64,000 nucleotides of DNA, from positions 1,088,001-1,152,000 of the forward strand of contig OZ242318.1 of assembly GCA_965208105.1 (NCBI GenBank), in the 5' to 3' direction. The position numbers and the translations under genes were made by a program. The stretch comes from Candidatus Latescibacterota bacterium (GTDB lineage Bacteria; Latescibacterota; UBA2968; UBA8231). This document shows positions 58,116-64,000 of this stretch, in pieces. Under the pieces are notes generated by a model that did not search any database, was not told the origin of the DNA, and worked only from the letters and a program-made list of their open reading frames with translations. Positions within the stretch are counted from its first letter, which is position 1; each line of letters opens with the position of its first letter.

Positions 58116-60331
58116 AATAAGAAATCCTCAGTCGGACGTTGGTCGATAACCACGCCGAGATGTTCGTGATAAGCAGCTTCATCCAGTACGCTCAGTTCCA
58201 TACCGGGTAACAGCGGGCGAAGCAGTCCCATGTTGTCGACCTTCTGAAAATCGCGCAAATGCAGATTCACTATAAAGCGTTGAAGATCGCGCAAATCCTT
58301 GCGAGTGAAGCGCGGACCATCTATTTGGGGGCGCTCCCGGATAGCGGCTACCATTCCCAAGGCTTCCTCCCTTGGCGCGATTACAGCTTGGGTGTCATCG
58401 GAAATTACCTTCGCCTTGCTGGCTACTTCACGAAAACGCAATGCTTCTCGATCCTCCTGAATGGAGCTCTCTCGACGGCGTTGATAATCCGTGGGCACGT
58501 ATTGAAAAAGCTCGCCAAAGTAACGACGGAACAAATCCGGCTCGCCAGATAAGTCATCCGCGGACAACCGATATAGCAACCGCGCCGCAATGTCCGTAGC
58601 TACGCGATATACGCCGCCGGGCAGCTTGGGGTCTGTTGGCCGGAATACCACTACACGCCCCTTGTCGGGTAAGAGTCCTTCCCGATTACAGCGGCCCGCT
58701 GCTTGCACGATCGAATCCAGTGGCCCCAAGGCACGGTAAACCAACGGAAAATCAATATCCACTCCGGCCTCTATTACCTGAGTCGCCACCAACCAACAAG
58801 GTTTTTCGTTTTTCAAACGCCATTGCGCTTCCGCCAGAACTTTGAACCGATGCTCAGCGCACATGGCCGAGGAAAGATGCAGTACACCTTCTAATTTTTG
58901 CCCGCGCAGCAGTTCCCACCATTCAGCCGCCTGTTTGCGCGTATTCACCACACCCAAGGCTTGAGGCTCATTCGTCCATTCCTTAGCCAATTCAGGCCAA
59001 TCGCTCTCCGTGGACCGCACCTCGTAAATTACCCGGCCTAGCTTCTGAAACAACTCGCTAGGCTGTGCCCCGATCTCTTTCACTTCATCCACATCGAAAC
59101 CATTCGCCAACGATGTGCTGCGACTAAAGGCTGGTTGGGTAGCGGTGGAGAAAACGAAACTCGTGCAGTAGTGTTTTTGGAGATCGCGTAGCACATGCAG
59201 GAGCGGATTGAGCAGATGCGAAGGCAGCGTCTGCACTTCATCCAGTAATACCACGGAACTCGCAATGTTGTGCAGTTTTCGGCACTTGGAGGTGCGATTG
59301 GCAAAGAGGGACTCAATGAATTGTACTGAGGTGGTGACGATGACCGGAGCGTCCCAGTTCTCCGCTGCCAATTCCTCTGGGGACCGGCCTTGCTCCCCAT
59401 CGTCATCCTTCGCAACTACTGCCGAATGATGCTCAATCACGATGCCTTCGTTTTGGGGATCAAGCACTTTGCGATATTCGGCGGCATTCTGTTCAATGAT
59501 TGACAGATAAGGTATCACCACGATCACCCGCTGCATCCCATGTCGCCGTGCATGTTCCAAGGCAAAGGCCATGCTCGATAGCGTTTTGCCACCTCCCGTC
59601 GGCACGGTTAGAGAAAAGAAGCCTACTGGTTCCGCCGCCTTTGCCAAGCAGTCCTCAAACACCCTGTTGCGTAACTGATTGAGTTTGCCGGAAGCATCAA
59701 ACTTGCCTCGGTGTGCTTGCAGTCGCTTCAGTAGCAACGGGACATCCAGCTTCACTGGATAGCGCTCCCGTCCTGAGCTGAATTGTTCCGTATCAAGAAA
59801 ATCCGCATCCACCAAGCAGGAAAACAACATCCGCACGTAGAATTCGGCGACGGCTGGATCCCCCGAGCGCTCGACAAATTCGGGTTCGGCCAGCTTGTTT
59901 GGAATTTTTTCCAGTTCCGTCTCAAACCGCTTTACCAGAGGATCGAGACGGTTCATGGCATCGTACTTTTCTCCGCAGACCAATCCTTGCAAATCACTTA
60001 CGTTATGTAGACCCGCATGATGTCCGGCAATGGCAAACGCCGGTGCCAGCCATCCTCTGATGAATGCCAGTGCAGCACCATACACCGCATGATGGGTTTC
60101 AGCCGATCCCGGACGCTCGTCTGCCAGATATTCTTGGAAAGCCTGGCTATATTTTCCCAGATCGTGGAGCAGACCGGCCAATTTGGCACCATCGGCAAAA
60201 CCGAACGGTCCGGCGAATCCCCGAGCCCTGTCCGCTACGTTTCGCAAATGCTCGGATAACGGTTGCCAACGCGATTTATTCGGATCGGGTTCTCCAGTAG
60301 CCGTTTCGGCTGTATGGGCATAGTAGTTCAT
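58112..60331 (-). CDS. cas3: Cas3 HD nuclease-helicase
   Basis: YAH, LSEHL, LHDLGK, GHHAGL, LVDADFLDT, VPTGGGKT, DEVQ, TAT, QAAGRCNREG. Confidence 0.98.
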   Translation of the reverse strand: MNYYAHTAETATGEPDPNKSRWQPLSEHLRNVADRARGFAGPFGFADGAKLAGLLHDLGKYSQAFQEYLADERPGSAETHHAVYGAALAFIRGWLAPAFAIAGHHAGLHNVSDLQGLVCGEKYDAMNRLDPLVKRFETELEKIPNKLAEPEFVERSGDPAVAEFYVRMLFSCLVDADFLDTEQFSSGRERYPVKLDVPLLLKRLQAHRGKFDASGKLNQLRNRVFEDCLAKAAEPVGFFSLTVPTGGGKTLSSMAFALEHARRHGMQRVIVVIPYLSIIEQNAAEYRKVLDPQNEGIVIEHHSAVVAKDDDGEQGRSPEELAAENWDAPVIVTTSVQFIESLFANRTSKCRKLHNIASSVVLLDEVQTLPSHLLNPLLHVLRDLQKHYCTSFVFSTATQPAFSRSTSLANGFDVDEVKEIGAQPSELFQKLGRVIYEVRSTESDWPELAKEWTNEPQALGVVNTRKQAAEWWELLRGQKLEGVLHLSSAMCAEHRFKVLAEAQWRLKNEKPCWLVATQVIEAGVDIDFPLVYRALGPLDSIVQAAGRCNREGLLPDKGRVVVFRPTDPKLPGGVYRVATDIAARLLYRLSADDLSGEPDLFRRYFGELFQYVPTDYQRRRESSIQEDREALRFREVASKAKVISDDTQAVIAPREEALGMVAAIRERPQIDGPRFTRKDLRDLQRFIVNLHLRDFQKVDNMGLLRPLLPGMELSVLDEAAYHEHLGVVIDQRPTEDFLL

Positions 60332-60374
60332 AGATTACCTGAAAACATGCTACCAAGATGGCGGATACCGTTCC

Positions 60375-60746
60375 TTATCCGCATGCCTTCAACAGAACGG
60401 CCGGCAACCGCTTCAACTCCGCATTGCGCGGATCGACCTCAAACCCGCCGGACTCCAGGGCGGTAACCCGAAGCAGCGGTTCTACCCCTTCCTCCCCGTA
60501 CACGATGGTCCCGCCGACGACTTCACCCTCGAACTCAATCTCGGCGGTGGTTATGTCCAAAGAGACGGGCTTTCCGTCCTCAAGCACGTACTTGCGGCAT
60601 CCCTTCGGCTTGAGTCCGATCGCTTCGAGGTGCGACCTCGGCACGAACGAGTCGAACACACCGGTATTGACGAGAAATTTGCCGGTCCAGCTTCGCTGCA
60701 GGTCCGCAGGATTGCGGATGGTTACGTCAACATAGATTGCGCCCAT
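60375..60746 (-). CDS. Clan AA (retropepsin-like) aspartic protease homolog, catalytic D changed to N
   Basis: FLVNTGV in place of FLVDTGA; PLLRVTALE in place of PLLG.TALE; 123 aa. Confidence 0.8.
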   Translation of the reverse strand: MGAIYVDVTIRNPADLQRSWTGKFLVNTGVFDSFVPRSHLEAIGLKPKGCRKYVLEDGKPVSLDITTAEIEFEGEVVGGTIVYGEEGVEPLLRVTALESGGFEVDPRNAELKRLPAVLLKACG

Positions 60747-60790
60747 TGTGGTTCGCATTCCGAGTTGATTCTGCTGCCGCCGGGTTTTGT

Positions 60791-60819
60791 ATGATAGTGA
60801 AATTTTGTTCAGCGTGCAA
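60791..60819 (-). promoter_or_regulatory. Sigma70 promoter for protease copy 1 and probably the cas operon
   Basis: TTGCAC-17 nt-TATCAT; near-identical to 61528-61556. Confidence 0.7.
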
Positions 60820-60845
60820 GAGGGACCCGGTTTCTCGACTGATTT

Positions 60846-60979
60846 CCCTTTCAACCACTCATCAGGCAGTGGTCGTACCACTTCAGCATCTCGTGGCGGA
60901 AGCCGGTTCGGGAACCGGCTAGCGCGTCCTCGGGCCAGTAGTAGCCCCGCGGACCCGGCAGGATCTTTGGGGAGACTTC
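60846..60979 (-). pseudogene. Fragment of a CocE/NonD hydrolase paralog
   Basis: EVSPKILPGPRGYYWPEDALAGSRTGFRHEMLKWYD matches the protein encoded at about 42407-42529 (26/36 identical). Confidence 0.8.
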
Positions 60980-61062
60980 GGGTATTCGGGAACCGGTTGC
61001 ACGGCAGGTCAGTTCCGCGCGCTGGCGATACAGACGAGAGGTCTATACACCAAGCTTTCCTG

Positions 61063-61434
61063 CTATCCGCATTTCTTCAGCAGGACGGCCGGGTGCCGCT
61101 TCAGCTCTGCGTTCCACGGGTCGAGCTCGAATCCCCCGGACTCCAGCGCGGTGAGGCCGAGCAGGGGTTCGGCCCCTTCTTCGCCGTAGACGATGGTGCC
61201 GCCGACGACTTCCCCCTCGAACTCGATTTCCCCCACGGTTATATCCGCGGAAGCGGGCATGCCGTCTGCGAGCAGGTACCGGCGCCGGCCCCTGGGTTCG
61301 AGCCCGATGGCCTCGAGGTGCTCGCGCGGCACCAGGGCGTCGAAGGCGCCGCTGCCGACGAGGAATTTGCTGGTCAAACTCTGCCGCGGGTCCGCCGGAT
61401 TGCGGATGGTCACGTCAACGTAGGTTGCAACCAT
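61063..61434 (-). CDS. Clan AA (retropepsin-like) aspartic protease homolog, catalytic D changed to G
   Basis: FLVGSGA in place of FLVDTGA; PLLGLTALE; AAGGAGA RBS; same length as 60375-60746. Confidence 0.85.
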   Translation of the reverse strand: MVATYVDVTIRNPADPRQSLTSKFLVGSGAFDALVPREHLEAIGLEPRGRRRYLLADGMPASADITVGEIEFEGEVVGGTIVYGEEGAEPLLGLTALESGGFELDPWNAELKRHPAVLLKKCG

Positions 61435-61527
61435 TGTAATTCTCCTTCTTGACCTGGTTCCGTCACCTTGGCCGCTCTCCCACTCTTTCGGCCATTTCCT
61501 CCACTCTGGCTTCCTCCACTTCCATAT

Positions 61528-61556
61528 AATTTAGTGAAATTTTGTTCAGTATGCAA
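61528..61556 (-). promoter_or_regulatory. Sigma70 promoter for protease copy 2
   Basis: TTGCAT-17 nt-TAAATT; shares CTGAACAAAATTTCACTA with 60791-60819. Confidence 0.6.
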
Positions 61557-61781
61557 TAGCCGTGCCTGACCGCGGCCGGTTTCCTTGTCTCCCATCAAAA
61601 TTCCTGCCAATAGGCTGCTTCCCTTGACTGGGACCCGGCGCCGTCCTATAGATTAGGTTCGCCGCCAGGTCCCCTTGGATTTCCATCCACGGACCTCAAG
61701 GCGGGCGTAACCTTTTTCCGGCATGGAGCCGGGGGATTCCTTGCTACCTCGCCGCCTGACCCTTCACGAGGACTATGCCGC

Positions 61782-63998
61782 ATGGACCTGTTCGATGCCG
61801 GCCAGCAAGACCGGGAGGAGCGCGACCAGCCCCTCGCCGCTCGCCTGCGGCCGCGCCATCTGGATGAGTTCAGCGGCCAGGAGCACATCGTCGGTCCGGG
61901 CCGCCTTCTGCGCCGGGCCATCGAGGCCGACCAGCTCTCCTCGCTGATCTTCTACGGTCCGCCGGGCACGGGCAAGACCACCCTGGCATCGGTCATCGCC
62001 CATACCTCGCGCTTTCACTTCATCACCATCAACGCGGTCCTGGCCGGGGTCGCCGACATCCGCGGCGCCATCGACGCGGCGCGGGAGCGACGCAAGTTCC
62101 ACGACCAGCGCACCATCCTCTTCGTCGACGAGGTCCACCGCTTCAACAAGGCCCAGCAGGACGCCCTGCTGCCCTGGGTCGAGAACGGCACCGTGGTCCT
62201 CATCGGCGCCACCACCGAGAACCCCTACTTCTCGGTCAACCGCCCGCTGCTCTCGCGCAGCCGCGTATTTCAGCTCGAGGGCCTGGACCAGGAATGCCTG
62301 CGCCGCATCGCCCGGCAGGCCCTCGCCGACGAGCGCGGCTACGCCCACCTCAAGGTGGACCTGCGCCCCGACGCCCTGGACCACCTGGTCAACGTCGCCA
62401 ACGGCGATGCCCGCGCCCTGCTCAACGCCCTCGAGCTGGCGGTGGAAACCACCCCGGCGGACGCGGGCGGGAGCATCGTCGTCGACCTGGAGGTGGCCGA
62501 GGAGTCCATCCAGCGCCGCGCCGTGCTCTACGACAAGGAGGGCGACTACCACTTCGACATCATCAGCGCCTTCATCAAGTCCATGCGCGGGTCCGACCCG
62601 GACGCCACCATGTACTGGCTGGCGCGCATGGTCTACGCCGGCGAGGACCCCCATTTCATCCTGCGGCGCATGCTCATCTTCGCCAGCGAGGACGTGGGCC
62701 TCGCCGCGCCGCAGGCCCTGCAGGTGGTGGTGGCCGCCGCCGAGTCCTTCGAGCGCACCGGGCTGCCCGAGGGCCGCTTCCCCCTGGCCCACGCCGCCCT
62801 CTACCTGGCCACCGCCCCCAAGAGCAACTCCGTCTTCGCCTTCTTCGACGCCCTCGCCGCCGTCGAGCAGGAGAGCGGCGAGGAGGTCCCCGACCCCCTC
62901 AAGGACGCCAGCCGCGACGCCGAGGGATTCGGCCACGGGGCCAACTACCTCTACCCCCACGCCTACCGCGACCACTGGGTCGCGCAGCAGTACCTGCCCG
63001 ACGCGCTCCAGGGCCGCGTCTTCTTCGAGCCCACCGACCAGGGCTACGAGAGCCGCATCCGCGACCAGGTCCGCAGCCGCCGCGAGCTCCAGCTCGCCGC
63101 CATGGTGGAGGGCCAGGCCGACGCCCCCGCCGCGCTCTACCTCACCGCGGCGGAGCGCAGCCGCGACCAGTGGCTGCAGCGCATCACCAGCGAGATCAGC
63201 GCCCAGTTGGCCCGCACCCGGGAGCGCGTCTTCCATGGCCTGCAACTGCAACAGCACTACCTGGTCCTCGACCTCAACGCCGGCACCGGACTGATGACCT
63301 GGGAGGCCCTGCGCCGGGTGCCCGCCGGGGGGGTGTGGAGCCTCAGCTCCGACAAGGCCGCCGCCATCGCCCTGCAGGAAGTGGCCGCCCACCTGCCAGA
63401 AGTAGAGCGCCCCACCGTGCTGCAGGGTCCCCTGGAAGGCCTCGGCGAGAGGCTCGCGGCCGCTGGCGGCGGGGTGCGCTTCGACGCCATCATCGGGCGC
63501 AACGCCCTGGGGGCGCAGGAAGCCAAGGAGGACATCGCCGCCTCCCTGCCCCCCTTGCTCGCCCCGGGAGGGCGCCTCAGCCTGGCCGAGGCGGTGCCGC
63601 GCCGGGCCCAGCGCCTGCACCGGCTGGTGGACCTGGACAGCCTGGGCGCCGACCTCGGCTCCCGCGTCGCCGCCGCCGAAGAGGCCATCTACGCCGACGC
63701 CGGCAACCCCCAGGTCAACTGGGACGCGGACGACTTGCAAGAGCTGCTCGAGGCGGCCGGATTCAAAGTGGACCTGCGCCTCGAATCCGAGTCCTCTCCC
63801 CACCGGGTCACCCCGCGCCAACTGGGACACTGGTTCAATCCCGGCGGCGAGAAACACCACACCTTCGCCTACTACCTGGGCAGGAGCCTCGACGACGGCG
63901 AGGTGCGCCAGGTCAGGAAGGCCTTCGAGAAACAACTGGGCAACCGGGTGGTCCAGTGGTCCTCATCCCAGGTCTTCGCGGTGGCGGAGCTGGGATGA
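61782..63998 (+). CDS. rarA: Replication-associated recombination protein RarA with a C-terminal methyltransferase-like domain
   Basis: [52 protein letters not shown]; then VLDLNAGTG. Confidence 0.92.
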   Translation: MDLFDAGQQDREERDQPLAARLRPRHLDEFSGQEHIVGPGRLLRRAIEADQLSSLIFYGPPGTGKTTLASVIAHTSRFHFITINAVLAGVADIRGAIDAARERRKFHDQRTILFVDEVHRFNKAQQDALLPWVENGTVVLIGATTENPYFSVNRPLLSRSRVFQLEGLDQECLRRIARQALADERGYAHLKVDLRPDALDHLVNVANGDARALLNALELAVETTPADAGGSIVVDLEVAEESIQRRAVLYDKEGDYHFDIISAFIKSMRGSDPDATMYWLARMVYAGEDPHFILRRMLIFASEDVGLAAPQALQVVVAAAESFERTGLPEGRFPLAHAALYLATAPKSNSVFAFFDALAAVEQESGEEVPDPLKDASRDAEGFGHGANYLYPHAYRDHWVAQQYLPDALQGRVFFEPTDQGYESRIRDQVRSRRELQLAAMVEGQADAPAALYLTAAERSRDQWLQRITSEISAQLARTRERVFHGLQLQQHYLVLDLNAGTGLMTWEALRRVPAGGVWSLSSDKAAAIALQEVAAHLPEVERPTVLQGPLEGLGERLAAAGGGVRFDAIIGRNALGAQEAKEDIAASLPPLLAPGGRLSLAEAVPRRAQRLHRLVDLDSLGADLGSRVAAAEEAIYADAGNPQVNWDADDLQELLEAAGFKVDLRLESESSPHRVTPRQLGHWFNPGGEKHHTFAYYLGRSLDDGEVRQVRKAFEKQLGNRVVQWSSSQVFAVAELG

Positions 63999-64000
63999 GG

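Noticed and set aside
45588-60331. Possible CRISPR-associated transposon (IS next to a type I system)
   Set aside because: No tnsB/tnsC/tniQ; Cas3 and the adaptation module are intact; the IS630 is a self-contained insertion in another gene
60851-60865. ATGAGTG match to the mini-array spacer upstream of the cas promoter
   Set aside because: Only 7 nt and preceded by CTG rather than a TTC PAM; compatible with chance
1-64000. tRNA, rRNA, integrase or prophage genes
   Set aside because: None recognized in the window

Overview
GC-rich bacterial chromosomal window; the gene order is FCB-group-like, possibly Latescibacterota, which is inference only. The left two-thirds is mostly backbone: a catabolic tail (PhyH, GH-like propeller, RspA-type dehydratase), dnaB-udg-ankyrin-coaBC-archaeal-type cmk-yicC, envelope genes, dapF, a phosphorylase/SplB-like radical SAM/SDR trio, dsbD-ribB-aroA, and a heterotetrameric sarcosine-oxidase-like cluster next to a type III glutamine synthetase (probably methylamine use). 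The right part holds lower-GC accessory DNA: a frameshifted HNH nuclease, a TonB receptor broken by an IS630, and a complete type I-C CRISPR-Cas system (67 repeats, 66 spacers) preceded by two retropepsin-like paralogs lacking the catalytic Asp. The most unusual signal is three CRISPR-repeat-like elements inside the cas operon, at the start codons of cas4 and cas1. The best-preserved one keeps the hairpin through a compensatory change that also creates the Shine-Dalgarno site of cas4, suggesting Cas5d-dependent post-transcriptional control of the adaptation genes. Two copies of a 167-bp CTAG-targeting MITE sit on stop codons and carry an open frame that could preserve translational coupling. 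All alignments and counts were done by eye.
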